Source: Marsupella aquatica
Lineage: Eukaryota > Plantae > Marchantiophyta
Reading direction: 5' to 3'
Length of the DNA: 52,255 bases
Assembly: GCA_973895155.1 (NCBI GenBank)
Contig: OZ316893.1
Span: 17,773,481-17,825,735, forward strand
Part shown: one piece after another, positions 34,942-45,800 of the stretch
Numbering within the stretch: the first letter of the stretch is position 1
Layout: each line of letters starts with the position of its first letter
Program-made: the position numbers and the translations under genes
Notes under the pieces: model-generated
Database searches by the model: none
Told to the model about the DNA's origin: nothing
The model's input: only the letters and a program-made list of their open reading frames with translations

Positions 34942-37900
34942 ATGGACAATCTCAACACATACGCAGTGGAAGATTGTGGAGAAATATCATTGACAATGTC
35001 CGACATTATCTCCAAACACGTTATGTTGTTTGGCAAGGATTTCTGAGGGCATGACAAAGACCCATCGAGGATTCCAATGTGTCGATTGGTTCACATGGAA
35101 GTTGTCCGCACCTTACAGAAGGGAAGTCCTTCAATTGAAAAGTTGAAGGACTCTTTTTGGAGCATAGGATACAACTCTAAAATTGGAATGCTTTTTTATG
35201 TCCCAGCCGACATATTCAAATGGAAATGTCCAGACGTGTACTCCTGAAATTTGAGCGACCTGGGACCCATTGTGGGTGGCAGAGAACAAGAAGTTTGAAG
35301 CTGAATGTGCGGCCAATCCAGACTTCAGGGTCCTGCCGGATAAGATGTTTTTTGTTTTTGATGGTAACCATCAACTTTACGCATGGTCAATCGTTACGAA
35401 CAAAAATCCCAATGATATCAAGTACCACCCTCGGGTGCAATGTACTATTTTCAAGGGTGAAAAGGGATCTTTGATTGAGATTGAGGCGGCTATGCATACT
35501 GTGAACCAGTAAGTCTCTCTTTGAATATCACTGTCTTTCGTTCATAGTGTTGAGAGAATCCATTCCATTTTACTAGCACCTTACACTATTTATTGATCTA
35601 TTTTTTTGTAGACTTGGGAGATAAGTAATCTCATCAGTTATCAGTCACTTTCATCAGTGTACCTGATATCAGCTACCACCTCATCTCAGAGAGGCCAAAA
35701 AGTTGTGATGCAAAAGAAAAATGAAGAAAAAATAAATTCTTGAATTTTTCTTCAAAAACAATTTTGCCATGAGGCATCCGTACCGTACGGACACCTATCT
35801 CGGCGAGCCTAGGCAAGATGGGAAAAAAAATTCCAAATTTTTTTTTCCAATTTTTTTTGGGGAAAATTTTTGGTTTTTTTTTCCCCATTTTTTTTTGTCC
35901 GTACGCCCCATCTCGGCAAGGCCAGCCGAGATTGAGTCAACCTTGGCTGCCCAGCTGAGATGTGTGGAAGTTCGAAGGCCCCATCTCAACTCCTCAGCTG
36001 AGATTCTGAAATTTTTTAGATAACTGATGATGTTGTGTACCCCGTAGACTTGGGCAGGCCGTGGTGGAACCTTCTTGGATACTTGACGCTGACAGAATTA
36101 AAAGGATTTTTGTCCAACAATCTTGAATACTACAAGTCAATTATCAATGGGGAAAACTTCAAGAAGTTTGGGCAGGTGATGCAGAAGACTCGAAAGGGAT
36201 CGTGGTATACTAAGAAAATGCCTCAAGAAGCACTTTTGTATATCTTATGCAAGAATAAGATTAAATCCTATTCTCGTCAATTCAAGATGGATCTGGAGTC
36301 GGCCACCACTCACGGAAATCCTTGGTCTCAAGAGAAGACGTCCAAACAACATGCAGTCATGATGAAAGAAGCAACAAAGGATTGGGCAATCAAGGTCTCG
36401 AAGATCACTCCCTTGTTGAGTCTGGAGTTTGAAGACTTCATGACCACTTGCGTTGAGATGTACCCAATGACAGAGGTGAACAAACGTGAGAAGAAACCGG
36501 ATGCGGTTGTCTGTACCATGGATTGTGCCAGGTTATTCACAATAGTCTCCACCCTTGACCCCGAATTGAGGAGTACTTTGTTAGTTGCGCATTGCATGCC
36601 AGAGCTCAGGAAACAATTCTTTCATCCGCAAAGCGTTAGCAATGACCCTGTGAAGCAGTGGTGCCACACCTGGCAAACTTGGAATACCGTGGAGGGAATT
36701 GCCATTGGTATGCTACAGACTGCCCTTCAGTAGGTCAGTGAAATAATTCCTTCCAACCGATTGGAGGAATGGAACTATGAGTCTTATGACTCACTCATTG
36801 AAATAGTGTGTAATGATTTCAAGAAATTTGGGAGCGTAGTGAAAGGCAAGTTTTTCAATACCATGTGGATGTCCAAGTACCCAGACAAGGAAGACTACAC
36901 ACTCAAGAATCAAAAGCAAGCAAGACAATATGTCTATTGTTTCTTCATGCACATGGAGACTGTGAAGCCCGATTATTTTTGGGCTTACCCAGTTGCTTTT
37001 CAGAATTGGGTCAATGCATAGACAGAGATATTTTGGCCAAACTGTACTCCATGTATCCAACTGAGGGAATCCTTTCGCCTTGGAAATTGTCCGAATGGGA
37101 GAGAATTCACTGCCCCTAGTATCTTGACACCGACCGATGGGACACTCCTTTTGATGACACTAAGAAGGACGCTTTCCATAAACTGTCCAAATCCCAAGTT
37201 CCTCCAAAATGTGTCTCCGATATGAAGCAAGGAATTGAGGGAGACGTCAACGTGTCGACAACTAAATTGCAAAAAAGATGTGAAACCGCTGTGGTTCATG
37301 TTGATCAAAGCCAAAAACCAAGAGCCAAAGCAAAGGCGGATGCACCTGTGCCAAGTGCTAGCGCCAAGTCTGGGAAAAAACGTATGTTATACATCCCTAT
37401 TCTGAATTCCTTCTTTGGGTAGCGCCCGCCGCTATTATGTGTCATGTGTTTAATATGTTTTATTTTTTCTAAACAATTGTGTGTTTGGTCAGCGCCAGGC
37501 GCTATTACTAATTATGTGTTTAACACCCTACTTCTGTAGGTGGGAGAAAATCTGATGGGGCTATAGATGACACAAAAATAGATGCAACTCCAAAAGTCTT
37601 TGGGGCCAATACTAGCTAGTGCCAATCCAAACCCTATCACCCCAGTTGAGAAGGGGAAAGTTATAGTTCCCGTGGATGCAGAAAAGGACTATCGATGTTT
37701 GGGAATTGTCTCAAGATAATGCTTATGGGGCTGGTCTCCAACAGGACATGGGGAAATTCAAGAGCAAAGTTGGAAGGCAGTGTATGGTCGAATCCAACTT
37801 GGCTGATTTTATAGATAGTGCTTTAGCAAGGAAGAGAAGCCAGATTGGGTCGCAGGCGCTGAGAAGTGGGGTAAGGATTTGATCAAGTTGGGCTGTAGAT

Positions 37901-39330
37901 AAAGGAGTCATTAGAGGTGGGAAGGAACGATCATTTGGGGTCAATGTCGGGTTCAACTATCTTCCAACTAGATTGAAACCCACAATTGTTGACCGTCGGG
38001 TCCCGAAATGGAATGCAACAGATCACACAGCAGCCAAATCATTTTCTGAGCTATGGATCCTTTCCTTTCGGGTGATGGCATGCTTGCTATCTTATACTCG
38101 GATGACTACGATCAGTTTTCCCAGGTTATTGTTGCATATCAGCAGTCCAAGAAGTTCATGTGCATCAATACACACAATGTTTTCATGTCTAACCCAATGT
38201 ACAGATCCAAGACAGACGTCCAGGTAAATGTTTTCTCTAAGTCTTACTTTATTAGCGCCCAACACTATTTTTACTTTTGGAGTTCTTCTTTGTTGACTAA
38301 GAGTTTTAAAATCCAATTGGTTTTCTGACTGGTGCAGGTCTTCACTCTTAGACTAGATATATTCTGTCAAGTTTCTTTCAAGGGAAAGGTCCCAAAGGAT
38401 CCAAGGTTCAATCCGTTATCTAGTGCTGAAGATCCTTCAATCTCAAACCTCATTGGGTTGCAATCTTTGAAGGTAGATCATTGTCCTGAACTGTAGTTTA
38501 CCGGAAACGCCCGACTCTCGGTTGGGTTTATGCAAACTGTCATTGAACTCTTTACGATACCTAAGGATATTGTTATTGATTGGACCGTTGGCTCAGGTAG
38601 TACGTTCATTGCTGGGGATTACTCTGGTTGTTTTGTCATTGGATTAGAAAACCGTCGGGAGTTTGTTGAGACCGCTTCAAGGATTTTTTTGGACCTCATT
38701 TCTCCCAAAACTTTGGAGACACAACCTCTCCCTCCTCAAATAAGTGGACAAAGAAAGAAAGATAGACTGCAATCTATCCTCAACTTTGATTCAGATGAAG
38801 ATGATGGTACGCCGGAAGATGATGTTCCTGAGGATGTCAATGACAGTGGGAAAGAGGAAACCCGCCATGAAGGGTCAATGGAGGATAACAAAGAGTCTTC
38901 CAAGTAATTTTTGTCTCTCGTAAGCTCCTTTATCCTTTCAATGGTTGGTGAACCTAGAATTCCACTAGTTGGTTCAGCTAAGTACTTAATTACTTCCTCT
39001 TTATCTTCCGTTTCTCTTTTGAGCAGGTTAGAATGGAACCAAAGAAAGTTGTTTCAACTACGGAGGAAAGTGGCTCAAAATGTAATCATCACTCTGGAGA
39101 AGCCCTTTGTGTTGCCATCATACGCTGAGAATGTCACAAGGAAGGTTGAGAAATTTAGGACGTTCTCCTGGGAAACAAAAGGCCTTAAGGCTTCTTAGGG
39201 GAGTAGACAGGAGGTTCATGAGGAACCCTACGTAGACGATGTTTCTAGAACCAAGTATATTGATGACAAGGCTAAATTGACCGATAGATCTCATAGCTCC
39301 AAGAATGATAGCTTAGGATCTGACATTGAA
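34942..39330 (+). pseudogene. ParB/Srx-like plus N6/N4 DNA-methyltransferase-like gene, copy B (degenerate, intron-containing)
   Basis: RIPMCRLVHMEVVR...; MFFVFDGNHQLYAW at 35360-35374; VPKWN...FLSGDGMLAILY; C-terminal VIELFTIPKDIVIDWTVGSGSTFIAGDYSGCFVIGLE...FVETASR (38530-38690), matching the SAM-binding motif I region of N6_N4_Mtase proteins. GT-AG introns at ~35509, ~37382 and ~38224. Confidence 0.75.
35618..36043. mobile_element. 426-bp MULE-type MITE (family A derivative)
   Basis: TIR cores TCATCAGTTATC / GATAACTGATGA, 10-bp TSD GTAGACTTGG (35608-35617 and 36044-36053), carries several 23-bp palindromes, left end matches the TIR at 41915-41966. Confidence 0.85.
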
Positions 39331-40440
39331 GAGTAGCAATCTTATCCTCTATGAGGTCAAACTTCCTCTCAACTGTACGCTTATGTCCTTGATTTTTGTT
39401 AGCGCCTAGCGCTATTGAATTGAGTAAATCAAGATTGAGTTTGAGGGAGAGTTGTCACTTCCATTTAATGGTTATTGGTTCTGTCAAACCTGGTAATGGG
39501 GTCTTGCGTAATGTCCTTGGTGTGCATTCCTCTTGGTGTTTAACTAGCGCCCGACGCTCCCCAAAAAAGATACCCTAGCGTAAACTCACATTGGAAGTTT
39601 CCGTTTGGATTTTGTCGTTTCCACCCAACGGTCATTTTCCCTTCAATCGACGACTAGTAGCAACATGAGGACCAATAACGGGAAATCCAAGTGCCTCATA
39701 AACATACTGTTGTCTCAGGGATATCAAACATTTTCAGTTCCGCATATTGGTTGTTGCTTTGAAATTCCATTGATCTTGTTTTTCTCCTTTTCAATTCGAT
39801 TGAAGGCCATCTTCAAAGTTCCAATGTAAGGTGTTACCCGGATGTTCATAACCCTCGTATTGTTAGAGATATGGGGGTGGCAATTGTCATAGATAGGGTT
39901 ATTGAAAGAGTTTTGACTGTTCTCGTTTGAAAATTGATCATTATGTTTGGTTTCTATTTGGATCTTATCAAAACCTCAGCCTAAACATCACTCATATGTT
40001 CTCGTGATTTGCTTCACAGCGCCCGGCGCTAGTATTCAACATGTTTGGGCGATGGATGTTTGATTATTTATGGTTTGAAACCCCGGCCCTAGTATTGGGC
40101 ATGATGCATGTGTGATTGCTTTGGCTATAATCACCCAGCGCTAGTATTTGGCATCGCAGAAGTATCCATATCTTGCGAACGGATTTTCAAAATTTTGCCA
40201 CAATACAAGGAGAAATGTGCACCCATAACAGGAAATTTTGCTGTTACCAGTTCCTGTTATAGTTCACTGTTTATTGTTTACTGCCTTTCGTAAATACCTC
40301 ACAGACCCCGGCGAGATGCACAGCGTCTACCCTCCTCTACAAGCGAGGGCAAGTCCTAACTTGAGATGCATGTTGGCGGACCTTGCCGAGATTCATTCCT
40401 CTACATGCAATGACAAGTCCATTATGGCTGACATTGTCGA

Positions 40441-40870
40441 GCACCCAGCTGACCTCTCTGAGATCTGTTTCGAGAATAGTCATCTCGGCTGGCCTCTCTG
40501 AGATCCGTCTCAAGAATAGTCATCTCGGCTAGCCTCTCTGAGATCCATCTGAGGAAGAGTCATCTCGGCTGGCCTTTCTAAGATCCATCTGAGGACGAGT
40601 CATCTTGGCTGGCCTTTTCAAGATCCGTCTGAGGAAGAGTCATCTCGGCTGGCCTCTCCAAGATCCGTCTTAGGAAGAGTCATCTTGGCTGGCCTCTCCG
40701 AGATCCATCTTAGGAATAGTCATCTTGGCTGGCCTCTCCGAGATCCGTCGATTGAAGAGTCAATCTCGGCTGCCCTCTCCAAGATCCGTCAATGGAAGAG
40801 TCATCAAGGCTTGCCTCTCCAAGTTTTGTCAATTGAAGAGTCAATTGTGGCCGCCCTCTCCAAGATCCAT
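40441..40870 (+). repeat. 40-bp tandem array (~10 copies), each containing a variant of the 23-bp palindrome
   Basis: CATCTCGGCTGGCCTCTC(C/T)GAGATCC.TCT.AGGAAGAGT at 40481, 40521, 40561, 40601, 40641, 40681, 40721, then degenerate copies. Confidence 0.9.
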
Positions 40871-41914
40871 CTGGATGGAATAGTCGATCTCTGTTGGGCT
40901 ATCCATGTCGACTACCTTCCCCGATAGATGCCTTCTTGTTTACATCTATTTTGGGTGCAATACATTATTTGATTGGATTTAAGTATAACTAAGTAGCAGT
41001 TCCCGAGAGGACTACCAAGTCAGCTACAGCGGAATGGGATAGCCAGGACAGATGGCTTGTCAAGCTCGCATGGGAGGAAGCTTTGGCATATTTTCTTCCC
41101 AAAGAAGTTAACCCTTCCGTGCTACGCTGCTGATATGTATCATGAAGAAACAGCGCCTCGCTGTGTAAAAGAGAGAAAAAGGAAAACTCTCACATTTGTC
41201 AATGATAGGGCAAAAGAAGCTCAATCGGATGAGAGTAGCTTGGTAGGAAGTGATAGTCTCCAAACTCACCATGTAAGTATAAGTTTATCAAGCTCCAGTT
41301 CCGAAGAGTAGCTTGAGTGAATTTACCTTCATTGCAGCTCAAGAGACACCTGAGCAACCAGTGAATGAGGGGCTGACTCCCCGGCCAGGAGTGAAAGAGG
41401 TGGGGCTTGCAAACAAAGGAGTGCCCGCACAATAGCAAGCATTTTTCCTACATGGAGCATATTTCTAGAGGTGGTGTACTGACCTTTGACCGTGCACTTA
41501 TAGACATCATGCGGCAAAAGATTGTTGTGGACCTTGTCTGCCAGACAATTAGCCTATAGAGATGGAAGATGGAGACGCAACCTAGTGGAATTTAGTTCAG
41601 AAAATTGAGATAGACAACATTGTTGTAACTGTACAAAGCTTAATAAAAGTGTGTCATCCAAATGTTCTGAATGTTGTACATGTTGCTCAATATGTTTTCA
41701 TCTCGGCGAGCTCAGCCGAGATGGAACAACACTCCCAAGATATCTCAGAGAGGGCACCAAGATGGTCAGAGAGACAACCAACACGAGAGCCAACATCACT
41801 AATTGTCCAAACCGCACAACCCAAAACAATGTCGGAGTGGATGCCGACATAGGGTTTGACTGCGGGTGCAAATTAAGTCCATGTCGGCGGCATCGCTGAG
41901 TTTTGAGCACAGAC

Positions 41915-41966
41915 TGATATCAGTGAATGTTGAAAGTCACTGATAACTGATGAAATTATGTACCTC
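41915..41966 (-). repeat. Terminal inverted repeat of the family-A MULE
   Basis: Reverse complement GAGGTACATAATTTCATCAGTTATCAGTGACTTTC matches the MITE left end GAGATAAGTAATCTCATCAGTTATCAGTCACTTTC. Confidence 0.7.
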
Positions 41967-42129
41967 ATATTAGTTTAGTATTAACGGGAGTATTAACAGG
42001 TTTTAAAAACAAATAAACAACTAGGACTTAAGCTTAGGTTTAGCATTCACAGCCCAAATAACAGCTTGTAGTGCTGACTTAGTACAATATTTAACAGGAG
42101 CATTTCAAACAAATGTATGTACGATGGGG

Positions 42130-42700
42130 GGTAAGGAAGCAAGATGGGAGAGTCAATGTTCATTCTGTCATTACACCCTAGAAAATTACATATCGGGCAG
42201 AGCCTACCGTACTATTGTCTGTGCATGGGGTTGGGGTTTGAGAAGGCATTCCTTTGTGGAGACCACGAGAGCCATGGCAAAGATCAATCAGGCTCACTAC
42301 GTTTGGCAACCTCTTCTCAATTATGTGTGACATATCATTGCTACTTATGAAGAGCCGGATCCGGTCAAAGCAGCAAGAGAGCAAGACACTGGACATTGAT
42401 CTTGCAACAAAACATTTGAGGTGTTTTAGTATCTCAAAAAATGTCAAAGAGGTTGATCATTCATTCTAATAATATTTAGATAAAATTGGAATTAATCTAA
42501 TACTTCAGTATTCCTTAAATTGGGGCCGTGGGAGGCAATGTAGACAACATTCCTGACCATGGAGTATATCAACGCCAAATTCAAGTGGGATCCAAATGTC
42601 GCTAAACTAAACTTATTGCTATTTGAAGATGGGGTCCTACAACTAAATCACCTGGTAATTAATCTATTGCTATTCAATCAAGCATTGGAAGCTACTGGGG
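42130..42700 (+). pseudogene. Possible highly decayed Gypsy integrase fragment
   Basis: RHSFVETTRAMAKINQAHYVWQPL resembles the GH...T..KI...Y.WP.L integrase zinc-binding segment; very degraded. Confidence 0.3.
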
Positions 42701-42861
42701 ACTACTTGTGAGTGGGAACAACAGAAAATCTTGGGAGGAAAGGATTCTCAATGACCATTGAAATGGCTTGTTGCAGAAGAGTCAATGATAAGAAAGGTAG
42801 CAACAAAGGAGGCTCCAACCAAGAACCAAGTAGCAAATGGAGCTACAGGATTAGAACCAAC

Positions 42862-45800
42862 TGTGACGGGTACCCCGTCACGGGAAGTCACACATAACTG
42901 GTTGCAAAGGCCGATACCTTGTTAATAGTCAATGTAAATAAGCCATTTTTTAATTTTTAGTTAATTCCGTCATTATAGGTTGATGATGCCCCAGGTGACT
43001 TTATATTCTTTCTCTCATAATAGTTCTAAGATTTGCGGCGACCTAAGTGGGCAAATATTTTGGGACCTTGAAACTAGCCAGGACCAGCCCCATAGGACTT
43101 ACCGTTTTGCTTCAAGAGCTATTGTTGAGACCCCCATTGCAAAGTCAGGAGAGGGGGGGGTTTTTTTTTAAATAAATCCCTCCTCAGGAGGGCGAGTCCC
43201 ATTAGTGGCCGTCCGAGAGAAAGAGGGGCTGCCTCGCGAGCCCATAGGGCTGCGTGCCCGGGCGATTAATGGGGCTCCGCGAGCTGAAGGGGCTGCCTCG
43301 CGAGCCCATAGGGCTGCGTGCCCGGGCAATTAATGAGGTCCCGCGAGCTGGGAGGATCACGCGAGCGGGGGGGAGTTAAAGGGCCTCCCGCGAGCTGGGA
43401 GGATCACGCGAGCGGGGGGGAGTTAAAGGGCCTCCCGCGAGCTGGGAGGATCACGCGAGCGGGGGGGAGTTAAAGGGCCTCCCGCGAGCTGGGAGGATCA
43501 CGCGAGCGGGGGGGAGTTGAAGGGCCTCCCGCGAGCCGGGAGGAATGGCCGCGCGCCCTGCATAGGGCCGCGCGCAGGAGGACGCAAGGGTAAGGCCCGA
43601 GAAATGGGCCGGGGCGCATGGCGAAGGCGCCAGGAGTTTTTTCGGTTCTATTTTTTTTTCCTTCCTTTTTCTTTCCCTCTTCCTTTTGCACGACCCTCTC
43701 ATTGCCGAAAGCAAAAACGGGGTTCTTCTCTCTCTTGCCGGAAGCTCTCTCCAGATTCTAATTATTTTTGAAGCTCTCTCTTTCATGGTGGATTAGTGGG
43801 GCTTGCTGGCGTCATTCTTCCAGGCATTAGTGGCGGCCGCACGGAGTAGTGACGGGAAATTGAGAGAATTTAAGTGATCGGGCTACGGGGGCTGTTTCGG
43901 GCCAGGGAATTGACATTGCCACGGGTGACGGGATTGGTGATTGAGAAATTGATTTTGGGATGCATGGATGCTAGATCAACCAGAGTTTAGTGCGTCACGC
44001 ATTCGGAGATACAAGGCTGCTTACCGTGACTACGTGGAGACTCGGATTACACGGGAAAGGGAAGAGAGAGAAGTTATGATGAGCACGGGATTGGCAGCGG
44101 GTTCCTCACCGGTGGGTAGGAAGATTTTTCGTCGAATTTATCCCAAGACCTCCACCAAGGTGATGGAGGATTGTCGGAACATTTTCCAAGCCACCGGGCT
44201 TACAGAATTCATGAAGGTGGAGATTACCATCCCTTCAGGGAAGAGCTGGGACATTGAGGCCGGGATGGAGTTCCGAACGGAGGGAATCTACTTTGAATGT
44301 CTCAAACGTGTAGTGCCCCATGTGGAGTTGGCTAAGCTATTGTTTCTTGAGAATCAGAAATTCTCATTCACACCTCGGAATATCAGGGGAGAACTCACGT
44401 TGAAAATGGTGGCCACTTGGGTGACCAATCCTACCTCCACCACCGCCATCCCTCTTTCTGCTGTCAAGGATGTTGAGTATAAGGGCTTCCTGGCCAAGGT
44501 GCATCAACGGGTTCTTGGCAACGTGCAATCCGGAGTGCTGAATGAGGAGCATTTCGTGGTAGCTATGGACATCAAGAACTACCCAGCCCATGTGTACGGA
44601 TGGTGGTGCTACGGATTGAAGAAGCTATTGGCCGCTGAGCCCGGGAGTGTGAAACCAGGTGGGGCTGTACATTTGATGGGGTCATTTGTATTGGCCAGGG
44701 CAGAAGGGTTGATTGGTTCTCCGGGGCATGAAGACACGGGATCATCTCTCACCACGGAGATCCGGAGTATTGCCACTACCGTTTTAGGGAAGCTCACGGA
44801 GGAATCATTGTCTGCTGGTGGGGAGGATAATAGAGAAGAAGAGAACCAGGAGGATGATTGCACATTGGAGTGGCTTGAATCACTCGTGGGAGATCCGAAA
44901 CAGCCTCTGGAATACAACATTCCGGATGTTTACTTGGCAGAGCTACGGGATTTCAGAGAGGGAGTCCACGAGGGACTCAAGCTAGTCCACGCATTGAGGG
45001 AGTCTCTCAAGCACGCCACAGTCAAAGTAGAGACGTTAGAGCAGAGCATCCTGTCACTGAAGGAGGTGATCAAGACCAAGGAGCAGACCATTCATGAGAA
45101 GGTCAGGCACATCAATGCAGCTCACGTAGAGATCACCAACTTGAAGGGAGCTTTGTCCACCAAGGCCAAGGAAGCAGAAGAAGTAGGAGCGTTGAGGCAA
45201 GCATTGGCCAAAGAGAAGCAAAATTCTGGAGAAGTGATGGAGTGGAGGAACCAGGTGGGAGCACTACGGAGTCAGGTGGCAGCCTTTGAGACACGAGCGA
45301 AGAGAAGTGAGGCCCTGAGTCTAGGGAAACGGAAGAGTCCCGGCACACCTGGCTCCACACTTTCCCCGGATGTGATCTCCCAAGCTATCGAGATGGTGGT
45401 GAAGGAGGTTAGTGGGAAGTATGGACCCTTGTTGGATGGAGCCAAGAAGAGTCAGGAGAAGAGTAAGAGCTTGGAGAAGAAGCTCCGGGAGGTACGGAAA
45501 TCGTTACGGGAGGCTCAGGTCAGTACGGGGATGCCACCCAGGTCTGTCACCCCCGGGACTCCCATGGCCACGGGGCAAGTTCTACCGTTGGAGTTGCGGT
45601 CCGGAGAAGAGGCTACCCTCTGGAAGGACACAATTGGTGAGGGGTACATCAAGGCGTGGCAGGCCTTGGCTGCTTTGAGGAAGCGCGGGAGCAGCAGCAC
45701 TAAGAGTACTCCGTCGAAGAAGAAGAAAAGTACGGTGGCACTCACTCCCGTGAGTGATGAGGAGGAGGACCACTCACGGGGCACAAGTCCGGGCACCGAG

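Larger units (their letters stand above)
19184..40300. mobile_element. Inner MULE-like transposon (family B), ~10.6 kb once its insertions are removed
   Basis: Imperfect TIRs GGGTATAGCAACGGAGACAGGAAACAA / reverse complement GAGGTATTTACGAAAGGCAGTAAACAA, ~8-bp TSD-like GCAGACCC/ACAGACCC, transposase (-) and ParB/MTase-like gene (+). The 15-bp palindrome is confined to this interval. Confidence 0.75.
4016..41966. mobile_element. Outer MULE-like transposon (family A): transposase remnant (-) plus ParB/MTase-like gene (+); left end not seen
   Basis: Right TIR-like end ...GATAACTGATGAAATTATGTACCTC at 41966 matches the MITE TIRs. The 23-bp palindrome occurs from ~4205 to ~41900, outside the inner element except within the MITE. 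Transposase remnant at 4340-7620, cargo gene at 14833-18927. Left boundary is a placeholder. Confidence 0.6.

Noticed and set aside
34942-39330. Bacterial or phage contamination as the source of the ParB/MTase-like gene
   Set aside because: The gene has GT-AG introns and lies within plant-type TEs with intact TSD junctions.
40441-40870. CRISPR-like array of palindromic repeats
   Set aside because: The intervening sequences are themselves repeated rather than unique spacers; no cas genes; eukaryotic TE context.
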